Part shown: one piece after another, positions 19,251-28,995 of the stretch
Layout: every line of letters begins with the position of its first letter
How positions within the stretch are numbered: the stretch's first letter is position 1
Origin: SAR324 cluster bacterium
GTDB lineage: Bacteria; SAR324; XYD2-FULL-50-16; JAERRU01
Length of the DNA stretch: 64,000 nt
NCBI GenBank assembly: GCA_016735295.1
Contig: JAERRU010000003.1
Span: 64,742-128,741, forward strand
Direction: 5' to 3'
The notes under the pieces: generated by a model
Databases searched by the model: none
What the model was told of the DNA's origin: nothing
The model's input: only the letters and a program-made list of their open reading frames with translations
Translations under genes and position numbers: made by a program

Positions 19251-20945
19251 ATGGAAAAAAGGGTCTTATTAGCTTTCTTCATCTCTTTAGCGTTACTAGG
19301 AGCTTACTGGTATTTTTTCCCTCCCCCTAAATACAAAGAAGCCCCTGTCAAGGCTTCTGAGGCAATTTCTTCATCAACCAACCAACCAATTGAAAGTGCT
19401 GTTAGCGGTGATGAATCACAAACTCTAGCCCAGCAATTGGTAGCCGACACCCCAGAAATTGACCAGCTTGAACTAGCAGAAACTATCAAAGTTAGCACAT
19501 CACTTTATGACATAGAGTTCAACACAGACGGGGCTACTTTGAGCTCTATGAGGTTGAAAGGTTATTCCTATGAGCTAGATCCTCCTGTAATTCTTTATAA
19601 GAGGGCTTGGAATTGGATAATGGATAAAAAAAATTCTGCTAACAAATATGATGGAACGCGGTTAGTTGATATGATTGACCAATCAGTTGATGGCCGGGAT
19701 AAGGTGCTAAATTTTATGATTTCTAAAAATGATAAAAATTTAATTTACACCGCGTCTGAGTGGCGTAGTGACGGTGAGAAAAAATATATTAAATTTCGAG
19801 CCAATATTAATGATAGCGTGTCCATCGTTAAGACTTACCTATTTGACGATCAGAACTATAAATTTTCGCTTAATGTGGAAATTTTTAATGAAGGCTCAAC
19901 GCCGGTTTTAATAGCTCCCACTTTAATGTTTGGCTCTGGCAGCAAAATAATAGAATCATCATATAACGCTCAGCACAAGGTGGCTATGTCTTTGATAGAT
20001 GATGATTATGAGAAATACGATATTGACGAACCGCTACGGTTACAAAATTTTCTTTGGGTAGCGATATCTGATGTTTATTTTGTTAGCGGAATAAAGGGTT
20101 TAGACGATAAATGGTCAGCCGATTTTGTTCCAGTAGATGATTATATCAATGGAAAACAACAATCAAATCCTTTATTAACTTTGAATCGTGAGCCTCTAAG
20201 GGTTGGTGGTAATAATAGTTGGGACCAATCTTATGAAATTTTTATGGGGCCAAAAGACGTTGATCTATTAGAAGATTTTGATGAAACCTTTGGTGAGACT
20301 TTAGATTTATTATTTAATATCATTGCTCGACCAATGATTTACGCCTTGCGGTGGTTCCATGAATATGTGGGCAATTGGGGGATAGCGATAATGATGCTCA
20401 CGCTTAGTGTTAGATTGATTTTGTTTCCTTTAGCGTTTAAGGGGATGCAATCAATGAAAAATATGTCTCGCCTTAATCCTAGGATGAAGCTTTTACGAAA
20501 AAAGCTAGCTAATGACAAGCAAAAATTAAATAATGAGATAATGCAGCTTTACCGAAAAAACAAGGTAAACCCAGTCTCAGGTTGTCTACCCATGATAGTT
20601 CAAATCCCCATTTTCATTGCCCTCTACTGGTCTTTGTTGCCGGCAGTAGAACTTAGGCATGAGCCATTTATATGGTGGCTAAATGATCTGTCCCATTATG
20701 ATCCTTACATGATTTTACCTTTGTTGATGGGAATATCTATGTATGTTCAGCAAAAAATTGCTCCTCAACCAGCAAATTTAGATCCTATGCAGCAAAGGAT
20801 AATGAAATTTTTACCGGTTATGATGACATTATTTTTTGTTAATTTTCCAAGTGGTCTGGTTTTATATTGGGTAACAAGCAATTTAATTACAATCGGCCAA
20901 CAATTCATTTTTAATCGCATTAAAGTAAAAGAAGTGGTAGAATAA
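19251..20945 (+). CDS. yidC: membrane protein insertase YidC (long, periplasmic-domain form)
   Basis: 564 aa. An N-terminal TM is followed by a large periplasmic domain. The C-terminal 60-kDa insertase core includes NWGIAIMMLTLSVRLILFPL, MQLYRKNKVNPVSGCLPMIVQIPIFIALY and SGLVLYWVTSNL. Confidence 0.95.
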   Translation: MEKRVLLAFFISLALLGAYWYFFPPPKYKEAPVKASEAISSSTNQPIESAVSGDESQTLAQQLVADTPEIDQLELAETIKVSTSLYDIEFNTDGATLSSMRLKGYSYELDPPVILYKRAWNWIMDKKNSANKYDGTRLVDMIDQSVDGRDKVLNFMISKNDKNLIYTASEWRSDGEKKYIKFRANINDSVSIVKTYLFDDQNYKFSLNVEIFNEGSTPVLIAPTLMFGSGSKIIESSYNAQHKVAMSLIDDDYEKYDIDEPLRLQNFLWVAISDVYFVSGIKGLDDKWSADFVPVDDYINGKQQSNPLLTLNREPLRVGGNNSWDQSYEIFMGPKDVDLLEDFDETFGETLDLLFNIIARPMIYALRWFHEYVGNWGIAIMMLTLSVRLILFPLAFKGMQSMKNMSRLNPRMKLLRKKLANDKQKLNNEIMQLYRKNKVNPVSGCLPMIVQIPIFIALYWSLLPAVELRHEPFIWWLNDLSHYDPYMILPLLMGISMYVQQKIAPQPANLDPMQQRIMKFLPVMMTLFFVNFPSGLVLYWVTSNLITIGQQFIFNRIKVKEVVE

Positions 20946-21004
20946 GCGTACTGCGAATGGGTGGGGTATTATTTTACATAACCATATAAACCATTGCTTG
21001 AGAT

Positions 21005-21409
21005 ATGACTAGAAAACAACAGCTTAATAAATACAAAAAAATTCTCCTTGCTTCATCATCTACTATTATGGAGCAAGTTGATTTAGAAAAAAAATTACTA
21101 GCCAGTGGAGAAGTTAACTTTAGAGGAGATGAGATAGACTTAGCTTCTGAGCAAAGAAATCAGGAATTTATTTATCTTATGGGAGAAAGAGACAAAAGAA
21201 AGCTTGATCAAATTCAAATTTCTTTAGAAAAGATAGAAAGTGGTGATTTTGGCTTTTGCGATGAGTGCGGAGAAGCTATCTCAGAAAAAAGGCTAAGTGC
21301 GGTGCCTTGTGCTTCTTTTTGCATTGATTGTCAGGAAAAAGAAGAGGTCTTTAGTAAAATAAATGCATCTAACCTTGACCAAGATAGCACCAATTTTAAA
21401 TCTGAATAA
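21005..21409 (+). CDS. DksA/TraR-family C4 zinc-finger protein
   Basis: 134 aa. The CxxC-N17-CxxC finger is FGFCDECGEAISEKRLSAVPCASFCIDCQ, preceded by a coiled-coil-like region. Confidence 0.8.
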   Translation: MTRKQQLNKYKKILLASSSTIMEQVDLEKKLLASGEVNFRGDEIDLASEQRNQEFIYLMGERDKRKLDQIQISLEKIESGDFGFCDECGEAISEKRLSAVPCASFCIDCQEKEEVFSKINASNLDQDSTNFKSE

Positions 21410-21578
21410 TTTGGGTTCTGGGCGGGTATCGTTTGGGGATACATTGGTTTTGAGTAGGTATTAACTATAATTAATTACAAGCCCGATTTATTTTGGTTCT
21501 GCGGTTATCATTTTGGGGTGAATTGGTTTTGAGTAGGTATTAACCATGATTAATGGAAAGCCTTGGCCCTGCCCGATT
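21410..21578. repeat. tandem duplication of a noncoding unit of about 80 bp (copy 1 is 21410-21488, copy 2 is 21491-21578)
   Basis: The shared core ATTGGTTTTGAGTAGGTATTAAC is identical in both copies. The flanks TT(T/G)GGTTCTG..ATC.TTTGGGG and ..GATTAAT...GCCCGATT are conserved with a few substitutions and indels. Confidence 0.85.
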
Positions 21579-21639
21579 ACGCTGTAATAGTAATATCAAT
21601 AATAATAATAATAACCCTGTCGTGCTTTTCTGATTGCCC

Positions 21640-22629
21640 ATGACAAAAAGAATTTTATTGGTTGGCGGAGCTGGTTATATCGGTTCACACGTGGCTTTAG
21701 CAATAAAAGAAGCTGGCTGGCAACCAGTAATTATGGACGATTTTTCAACGAGCGACCGCTTGGCTAGCACCCAAGAAGATGAATTTATTGAGGGTAGTTT
21801 TTTAGATTTGGCTTTATTGCAGTCCACTTTAAAAAAGGATATATCTGCTGTAATCCATTTAGCAGATTTAAAAAGTGTGCCTCGCTCCATGTCTTATCCT
21901 CAAGAATATGCGCAAGCAAACATTTGCGGCACTATCCAGCTTTTAAATCAGATACTGGCACATAATATCAAATATTTTATTTTTTCTTCAAGCGCCACTG
22001 TTTATGGCAATCCCCAATATTTACCATTAGATGAGCAGCACCCTACTGAGCCGATTAATTTTTATGGATTTAGTAAACTTAAAATTGAAGAATTGTTGGG
22101 TTGGTATAGCGAGCTTAATAAAATAAAATATACTAGTTTGCGTTATTTCAATGTCGTGGGCTATGATAAGGCTATGCGTTGTTTGGGGGTTGAAAAGAAT
22201 TCTAGCAATATTTTTCCATTATTAATGGAAACTATTTTTAATATTAGGCATAAATTTTTGGTGTATGGCGATAATTATAACACTAAGGATGGCTCTTGCT
22301 TGAGGGACTATATTCACGTTAGCGACATTGCTAACGCTCATGTGCTTGCTTTGTCTCATTTAATGAAACCTGCTAGCCAATCGTTTATTTGCAATTTAGG
22401 TTCTGGCTATAGTATTTCAGTTTTTGAGATATTGGCAGAGCTAAAGAAAATCGCTAAAACTAATTTTAAGGTGGAGATAGTAAAAGCAAGAATGGGCGAT
22501 CCGGCTCACCTTTGTGCTTCTTACCAGAAAGCCAATAATTTATTTGGTTGGAAGCCTAAAAATAGTGATTTACCCAATATAATTAGAACTAGCCTTAATG
22601 TGTACCAAAAATATTATCAATCAAAATAG
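21640..22629 (+). CDS. galE: UDP-glucose 4-epimerase
   Basis: The Rossmann motif is LLVGGAGYIGSH and the catalytic YxxxK is YGFSKLKIE. Length is about 330 aa. ATG at 21640 is preferred over the track's TTG at 21634. Confidence 0.85.
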   Translation: MTKRILLVGGAGYIGSHVALAIKEAGWQPVIMDDFSTSDRLASTQEDEFIEGSFLDLALLQSTLKKDISAVIHLADLKSVPRSMSYPQEYAQANICGTIQLLNQILAHNIKYFIFSSSATVYGNPQYLPLDEQHPTEPINFYGFSKLKIEELLGWYSELNKIKYTSLRYFNVVGYDKAMRCLGVEKNSSNIFPLLMETIFNIRHKFLVYGDNYNTKDGSCLRDYIHVSDIANAHVLALSHLMKPASQSFICNLGSGYSISVFEILAELKKIAKTNFKVEIVKARMGDPAHLCASYQKANNLFGWKPKNSDLPNIIRTSLNVYQKYYQSK

Positions 22630-22708
22630 TTACTGATATTTTACTGATTTATTGCTATTTTGTGGTTATCACGGTTGTTTAATCAAGAAATATAATCATT
22701 TTTCTATT

Positions 22709-25507
22709 ATGCCAGAAAAGTTTGCCATAATTGACGGTACCTATTACATATTTCGGGCATTTTTTGGGTTAAGACAAAACTTAACTAATCCTCAAGGCAT
22801 GCCCACTAATGCTATTTATGGATTTAAGCGGATGCTAATATATTTGCTTAACCAGTTTAATCCAAAATATTTAGCGATAGTTTTTGATTCGGGCAAGCCT
22901 AGTTTTCGTAATAGTATATTCACCGAATATAAGGCAAATCGTGACGCCATGCCCCAAGAATTAGCTGAGCAGATACCATATGTTCAAAAACTGGTTACTA
23001 AATTAGGCTATAAAAAAATTATTATGGAAGGCTACGAAGCTGATGATGTTTTGGGCTCGTTGGCTAAAAAATTTAAAAATTCTGCCGACGTGTGTTTAAT
23101 CTCTGCGGATAAAGATTTGACTCAGCTAATCGATGAGCGAATCAGAATGTATGATTCTATGCGTAATATTGATATGGGCGTAGCAGAAGTTCAAAAAAAA
23201 TATAAAGTCTTACCTGAAGCGATCCCTGATTATTTGGCACTAGTGGGCGATACTTCTGATAATATTCCCGGAGCAGCTGGCATTGGGCCAGTTGGGGCCG
23301 CTAAATTGCTTAATAGGTTTAAAAATATTGCTGATATAGAAAAAAATCTTTCTCAAATTACCGGCAAAGAGGGCGACAAGCTAAGGGCTTCTTGGGATAA
23401 TATTATAATGAGTTTAAAACTCACTAAAATTAAAATTGATTTGCCCTTAACGGATATAAAGATAGATGATTTTCTGCCTCAACGCATTGATTTTACCGAT
23501 CTAAAAAGTTTTTATGATGAAATAGGCTTTCGGGAAGATGAATTTTTTAAATCACATAATGCTAGTGCACAACCAACGACGATAGATGCTGCCAAAAATA
23601 ATCAACTTTCTTTTATTGAAGAGACCAAAGATAAGCCTAAGGAAAGTTTGCCCAGTGTTAAAGAAAATATTACTAACGATCTAATCGATAGGTCTAAATA
23701 TGAACTTATTACCGATAAAGATTCTCTTTTACGTTATCTGCAAAAAGCAAAAAAAAATAATTTGTTGTGCCTAGATTTAGAAACTAGCTCGCTTAATACT
23801 TTAGATGCAAAAATAGTAGGTGTGGCTCTGAAAACTGATCACTTGCCCGCCGCATACGCCCCTATTTTGCACGATGGATTGGATAAACAATTAGCCCTTG
23901 ATGATTTTTTAACGGAGATTAAAGATATATTATCTAATCAAAAGTTTGTGTTAATTGGTCAACACTTAAAATATGACCTTAGTGTGCTGCAAAATCACCA
24001 GATAATCACTAATGCTAAATTAGAAGATACTCTTTTACAAGCCTATTTACTGCATCCAGGTAGGTCTTCTTATAGTTTAGATAATTTAGCTAAGAATTTT
24101 TTAAGCCATACTCCTATTAAATATGAAGAGCTAGTGGGCAAAAAAGGCAAGGATCAAAAGAATTTTGCTGAGGTAGATGTAAATTTAGCTAAAGAGTACG
24201 CCGCTGAAGATGCTGACGTCACCTATCACCTTTATAAAATTTTTGCTGGTGAGATGGCTAATAGCAAATTAAAAAAAATATATTATGACATAGAAATACC
24301 TTTAACTAAGCTTTTAATGAAAATGGAGCTAACTGGGGTAAAGGTTGATGCTTCTCATTTACAAGACTATAGCTCGATTTTAAAACAAGATTTAACCAAA
24401 TTAGAAAAAGAGATTTATCTCTTGGCGAAAGAAGAATTTAATATTAATTCACCTAAACAGCTCAGCCATATTTTATTTCAAAAATTAGGCATTCAAGAAC
24501 ATAAAAAACCCACTAAAACCGGTTTTTCTACTGCTCAAATTGTTTTAGAAAGATTAACTAGGAAATATCCCATTGCTCAAGCGATAATAAGCTACCGATT
24601 AAAAACTAAATTAATTAATACTTATCTTGATGTTTTACCTAAGCTCATTCACCCTAAAACTGGGCGAGTTCACTCTCATTATAGCCAAACGATAGTTGCT
24701 ACGGGCAGATTAAGCTCAAGCAATCCTAATTTACAAAATATCCCAATCAGAGGCCAGGAAAGATCTCATATTAGAAAAGCTTTTATCACTAATAAAAATT
24801 GGTTGTTATTATCGGCAGACTATTCCCAAATTGAACTTAGAGTGCTCGCCCATCTTTCCCAAGATGCCGGCTTAATTAAGGCTTTTAACGAAAAAATAGA
24901 TATTCATAGCCAGAGTGCCACCAAAATATTTGAAATAAATTTAACTGAAGTCACACCAGAACAAAGAGCAATTGCTAAAGCGATTAATTTTGGTCTTATC
25001 TATGGGATGGGTCCATTAAGACTAGCCGATGAGGTTAATGTGAGTATTAAAGAAGCTAGCGATTTTATTAAATCATATTTTGCACAGTATCCTAAAATTA
25101 AAGATTATATGAAACAGTGCATTGCATTTGCCACAGAGCATGAATATATAGAAACTCATTTTTATAGAAAACGCTACCTTCCTTATATTTCATCAAAAAA
25201 TCGTAAAGAAAGGGGTGCGGCCCAAAGAATCGCTATGAACACTCCTATTCAAGGCACTGCGGCTGATATTATTAAGATTGCTATGATTAATTTAGATCAT
25301 AAATTAGCCGATTATTATAAAAATAAGCCCAATCAAGCTGCAATCATAATGCAAATTCACGATGAATTGGTGCTAGAAGTATATAAAGACGATCTTGATA
25401 TCGTCAAAAAGATGGTAAAAGATGTAATGGAAAATTCTACTAAACTTTTAGTGCCTTTAGAAGTTCAAATGGGATATGGGGAAAATTGGGCTAAGGCTCA
25501 ACATTAA
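22709..25507 (+). CDS. polA: DNA polymerase I
   Basis: The 5' nuclease N-terminus is FAIIDGTYYIFRAFF. The 3'-5' exonuclease region is CLDLETSSL. The polymerase motifs are DYSQIELRVLAH, RAIAKAINFGLIYGM and QIHDELVLEV. ATG at 22709 (MPEKFAIIDG) is preferred over the upstream track start at 22652. Confidence 0.95.
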   Translation: MPEKFAIIDGTYYIFRAFFGLRQNLTNPQGMPTNAIYGFKRMLIYLLNQFNPKYLAIVFDSGKPSFRNSIFTEYKANRDAMPQELAEQIPYVQKLVTKLGYKKIIMEGYEADDVLGSLAKKFKNSADVCLISADKDLTQLIDERIRMYDSMRNIDMGVAEVQKKYKVLPEAIPDYLALVGDTSDNIPGAAGIGPVGAAKLLNRFKNIADIEKNLSQITGKEGDKLRASWDNIIMSLKLTKIKIDLPLTDIKIDDFLPQRIDFTDLKSFYDEIGFREDEFFKSHNASAQPTTIDAAKNNQLSFIEETKDKPKESLPSVKENITNDLIDRSKYELITDKDSLLRYLQKAKKNNLLCLDLETSSLNTLDAKIVGVALKTDHLPAAYAPILHDGLDKQLALDDFLTEIKDILSNQKFVLIGQHLKYDLSVLQNHQIITNAKLEDTLLQAYLLHPGRSSYSLDNLAKNFLSHTPIKYEELVGKKGKDQKNFAEVDVNLAKEYAAEDADVTYHLYKIFAGEMANSKLKKIYYDIEIPLTKLLMKMELTGVKVDASHLQDYSSILKQDLTKLEKEIYLLAKEEFNINSPKQLSHILFQKLGIQEHKKPTKTGFSTAQIVLERLTRKYPIAQAIISYRLKTKLINTYLDVLPKLIHPKTGRVHSHYSQTIVATGRLSSSNPNLQNIPIRGQERSHIRKAFITNKNWLLLSADYSQIELRVLAHLSQDAGLIKAFNEKIDIHSQSATKIFEINLTEVTPEQRAIAKAINFGLIYGMGPLRLADEVNVSIKEASDFIKSYFAQYPKIKDYMKQCIAFATEHEYIETHFYRKRYLPYISSKNRKERGAAQRIAMNTPIQGTAADIIKIAMINLDHKLADYYKNKPNQAAIIMQIHDELVLEVYKDDLDIVKKMVKDVMENSTKLLVPLEVQMGYGENWAKAQH

Positions 25508-25540
25508 TTTATAATCTATAAAATCCATCACAATAAAGAT

Positions 25541-26395
25541 CTAGCCAAAGCTAAAACAGTATAAATTAGGAAATACTTTATATTTATTAGTTAATTTTGG
25601 CATTATTTGAGCGGGATTTTGTTGATTAAATTGATGAAAAAAAATCCCTTCTCCAATCAATAAACTATCATAATTATTATCGTTCGCTCCCTTAATGTCA
25701 TGCTCTAAAGAATCACCAATACAAAGTGTGCGAGATTTTGATATACTGCTGGGCAGCCTTTGTTGGCACAGTTCATAAACATAAGCATGGGGTTTACCAA
25801 AATAATAAACTTTACCCCCCTTTTGTTGATAGTCTAATGCCAGCTGGCCTGGCCCGACAAACGTTTGCCGATTAGGATTGACGATAACATAATCACCATT
25901 AACGCAAATTAATGGTAATTTAGCTTGGTTAGCACTAGCTAATATTTTTTTATAGTAGGTTAGGTTGGCATTAAAATTTATCCCACTTAAAAATATCCAC
26001 CTTGCTTTTTCTATATTGGTAGTGAATTTAAGTCCTTCGTAGGTGTTATTTTGTGGGTTTTCACCAGATGAAATATGAAACGCTTTTCCTTTGGTAAATG
26101 AAAATTGGGTTGTGTTATTATACAAAAAAAATGCCTCTCCCGAGCTGAGCACCTCATCAAATAATTTTATATCAAATCCTATATCCGCCAATTTTTGAAA
26201 ATTTTCTGCCGATCTTCTCCCTGAATTTGTGAGAACCATTATTATTTTCTTAGCTCCTTTCAAAAATTCTAACATTTCTATTGCTCCATAATAAGGTTTT
26301 TCCCCATCGTGCAGCACTCCCCACTGATCTATAATAAAGCAATCATAATTATCAACTACTTCTTTAATGCTATCAATATATCGGCATTCATTCAT
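25541..26395 (-). CDS. HAD superfamily subfamily IIA hydrolase
   Basis: 284 aa. HAD motif I is FIIDQWGVLHDG, and the distal motifs are VLTNSGR and IGDSLEHDIKGA. Confidence 0.7.
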   Translation of the reverse strand: MNECRYIDSIKEVVDNYDCFIIDQWGVLHDGEKPYYGAIEMLEFLKGAKKIIMVLTNSGRRSAENFQKLADIGFDIKLFDEVLSSGEAFFLYNNTTQFSFTKGKAFHISSGENPQNNTYEGLKFTTNIEKARWIFLSGINFNANLTYYKKILASANQAKLPLICVNGDYVIVNPNRQTFVGPGQLALDYQQKGGKVYYFGKPHAYVYELCQQRLPSSISKSRTLCIGDSLEHDIKGANDNNYDSLLIGEGIFFHQFNQQNPAQIMPKLTNKYKVFPNLYCFSFG

Positions 26396-26400
26396 ATTTA

Positions 26401-26460
26401 TAAAAATTAAATTACACTAGATTAAACTAAATTAACCTAAATTAAACTAAATCAATTGCT
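26401..26460. repeat. 10-bp phased decamer array (TAAAAATTAA ATTACACTAG ATTAAACTAA ATTAACCTAA ATTAAACTAA ATCAATTGCT)
   Basis: Read directly. It has exact 10-bp register and lies between the ispG stop and the HAD-gene start codon. Confidence 0.8.
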
Positions 26461-26475
26461 ATGTTCACCACCCAT

Positions 26476-28242
26476 TTAATTTGGCTCAACCCATTTACCA
26501 GAAAGTTTTATTAAATCAATCAATTCTATTAACGCTCTCTCAGTGGGAATATTCTTTTTTACCCGCCTATGTCCTAAATAAAGATCTATCTTGCCCGCCG
26601 AAGAGCCTACATATCCAAAATCAGCGTCAGCCATTTCTCCTGGGCCATTTACCATACAGCCTAAAATACCTATCTTCACCCCCTTTAGGTGATTAGTTTT
26701 AGATTTAATTAATTTTGTGACCGCTGGTAAATCAAACATAGTCCTTCCACAAGATGGGCAAGCAACATAATCTGTTTCAATTAATCTAGCTCGGGTAGCT
26801 TGTAAAACATCAAGCAATCTGTGTCCATCGGCGGCGGTGAACTGGTCTGATAATAGTATAAAATCAAGTAATCCTTCTCCTATCAAGCTAGCTAGCTTTA
26901 TCTCTAAAGAATAATCTTGCTTGCCTCTAGCTGATGATACAAACAAGCCAATAGAAACTTTATTTATAACCTCTTGCTGGTAAAGCTGACGAATTTTAAA
27001 AATACTTAACTCATCACTAAAACATATGGGGGCGTTGTTATGGTTTTTGATGCTCCCTTTGGTGTGCATATATTCATTTTGAGATATAAAATTAGCTTCT
27101 ATTTTACGTTTATCTGAAATTAAATATAGCTTGTTAGCGGATAGTTCATAATTAAAATCTAGGGTAGTTTTTTTACTTAAAAATTGAGTTTTCCCTGCCA
27201 CTACGCCAATTTTAAGTGAACTCTTATTCCCTAATTCAATGTTACCTAATTGATAGGCTTTATGCTCTTTTCGATATTCATCAAGCAATCCTTGATAGGT
27301 TATGGGGTTAGCAGAAGAATTAGCAGCTTGCATGCCCTGTTTTGGGTGACGATAATTAGTGGTTATATAGGTTCTTAAACCTTCGGCAAACACTACCTCA
27401 TTTACGCTATCTTCGGTTAAAGAAACTCTGATAGTATCGCCAATTCCATCGGCCAATAAAGAGCCTATACCACAAAGACTTTTCACTCTGCCTATGGTGT
27501 CACTGCCCGCTTCAGTTACCCCTAAATGCAGGGGCAGGGCCGATTTACCGAAATTTCTTTTCGCAAATAATCGGTAAGCCTTTTGTACTATTAAAGGATT
27601 TGATGATTTTAATGAAATGACTATGTCGGTAACTCCATATTCACTAAATATTTGGGCCATTTCTAATGCTGATTCCACCATAGCAAGTGGTGAATCACCA
27701 TATCTTTGCATCATTCTTTCCGATAATGAGCCGTGATTAACCCCAATTCTTAACGCTCTTTTATAATAATTTAATTTTTCTGCTAGTGGTTTAATTCTTT
27801 CTTTAAGTTTTATTTTACCAATCTCAAAATCATATTTTTTATCTATCTGCTGACGATAATTTTTAGGTCGATCAGAAAAATTACCAGGATTTATCCTAAT
27901 TTTATCAAAAAATTCACAAGCGCCTATCGCCAAATTAGCCGCAAAATGAACGTCAGCCACTAAAGGCACTGCTATGCCCTCATTACTAAGCAATCTTAAC
28001 AGCTCAGGCATAGCTGCTAAATCTTTTTGATGAAGCAAACTCAACCTGATTAATTGACAATTTGCCTTAGTTAACGCCTTGATTTGAGCCAAACAATGCA
28101 AGCTATCGGTGGTGTGGCTAGTTAACATTGATTGAATAACCACTGGGTGTTGAGAGCCTATCTTAATATTTTTTACGCTAATCGTTCTAGTTACCCGTCT
28201 GGTATAACTGAGTGGATAATCAATCAGGGGAGAATCAAGCAT
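26476..28242 (-). CDS. ispG: 4-hydroxy-3-methylbut-2-en-1-yl diphosphate synthase, long form with inserted domain
   Basis: 588 aa. The N-terminal TIM-barrel part includes IGSQHPVVIQSM and NPGNF. The C-terminal Fe-S part is CPSCGRTMFDL...GCMVNGPGEMADADFGYVG. An insertion of about 200 aa separates them, relative to the roughly 370-aa enterobacterial form. Confidence 0.92.
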   Translation of the reverse strand: MLDSPLIDYPLSYTRRVTRTISVKNIKIGSQHPVVIQSMLTSHTTDSLHCLAQIKALTKANCQLIRLSLLHQKDLAAMPELLRLLSNEGIAVPLVADVHFAANLAIGACEFFDKIRINPGNFSDRPKNYRQQIDKKYDFEIGKIKLKERIKPLAEKLNYYKRALRIGVNHGSLSERMMQRYGDSPLAMVESALEMAQIFSEYGVTDIVISLKSSNPLIVQKAYRLFAKRNFGKSALPLHLGVTEAGSDTIGRVKSLCGIGSLLADGIGDTIRVSLTEDSVNEVVFAEGLRTYITTNYRHPKQGMQAANSSANPITYQGLLDEYRKEHKAYQLGNIELGNKSSLKIGVVAGKTQFLSKKTTLDFNYELSANKLYLISDKRKIEANFISQNEYMHTKGSIKNHNNAPICFSDELSIFKIRQLYQQEVINKVSIGLFVSSARGKQDYSLEIKLASLIGEGLLDFILLSDQFTAADGHRLLDVLQATRARLIETDYVACPSCGRTMFDLPAVTKLIKSKTNHLKGVKIGILGCMVNGPGEMADADFGYVGSSAGKIDLYLGHRRVKKNIPTERALIELIDLIKLSGKWVEPN

Positions 28243-28258
28243 TATCGCTCGCTATTCA

Positions 28259-28747
28259 TTAAAAATTATTATTATTATTATTAGTTGATGCCAGCTGAGC
28301 GTCAACTTCAAGTGGTCCTTTACCATAACCAAAATAACCTACCTCCATCAAGTAATAATTTAGATAAAATTCTAATGATCCACAAGCCTCAAACTGGGCA
28401 ACGTGCCTTAATTCATGAGCTAATACCACTAAATTACTATTACAATAAGGATTCATGGCTATGCTATGAAATAGAGTAATGCCACAGGTGCGGCTAGTAG
28501 AAAATCCAAACTTTTTAAGCAATCTAGATAAAGCCTCATCGCCAATATCCATGGCATCATGAGCACTATATATTCTAATCTTATCAGGCTCCTTGACTCC
28601 TAATTTTAATGCTAATTTAGTAGCTTCTGGCGTTAGCCAAGCCCCCCTTTGAGCAATAGATTGCGAGCGAGAGGTGGCCCATTTTAATATCTTTTGAAAC
28701 ACCAGCGGATAACGAACCGAGGGTGTTAATTGGTTTAAAGGGTTCAT
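28259..28747 (-). CDS. small HExxH protein, DUF4157-like putative metallopeptidase fold
   Basis: 162 aa. LVVLAHELRHVAQFE contains HExxH followed by Q, as in the DUF4157 pattern I recall (..HELxHVxQ). The C-terminal tail is poly-Asn (NNNNNNF). It lies 16 bp upstream of ispG on the same strand. Confidence 0.45.
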   Translation of the reverse strand: MNPLNQLTPSVRYPLVFQKILKWATSRSQSIAQRGAWLTPEATKLALKLGVKEPDKIRIYSAHDAMDIGDEALSRLLKKFGFSTSRTCGITLFHSIAMNPYCNSNLVVLAHELRHVAQFEACGSLEFYLNYYLMEVGYFGYGKGPLEVDAQLASTNNNNNNF

Positions 28748-28931
28748 CGATTAAAAAAATAATTTGGTTAACAACTCTTCTCTACTCCTTAAACATTTAT
28801 AATCATAACTTTCACAGTTTATTTATTCTGTTCGGATAAGGGAATATATTATAGATAAAAGCGGATAGATATATAATAAGCCTGCTAAGACAGCTAAAAA
28901 AATATAGGTGGTTTTGGGGATAAACAATTTA

Positions 28932-28960
28932 TTGCTTGCCGTATTGAGTAATTATATACT
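28932..28960 (+). promoter_or_regulatory. sigma70-like promoter for the thi leader
   Basis: TTGCTT at 28932-28937, a 17-nt spacer, then TATACT at 28955-28960. It lies about 35 nt upstream of the riboswitch. Confidence 0.5.
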
Positions 28961-28995
28961 ATTTTACGATTAGTTAATATATTTTTAGAAACTAA

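Noticed and set aside
18302-26460. Whether the 9-mer arrays (18302-18328, 18509-18579) or the decamer array (26401-26460) could be CRISPR arrays
   Set aside because: The units are 9-10 bp, directly abutting with no spacers, and no cas genes are present. They are simple tandem repeats, not CRISPR.
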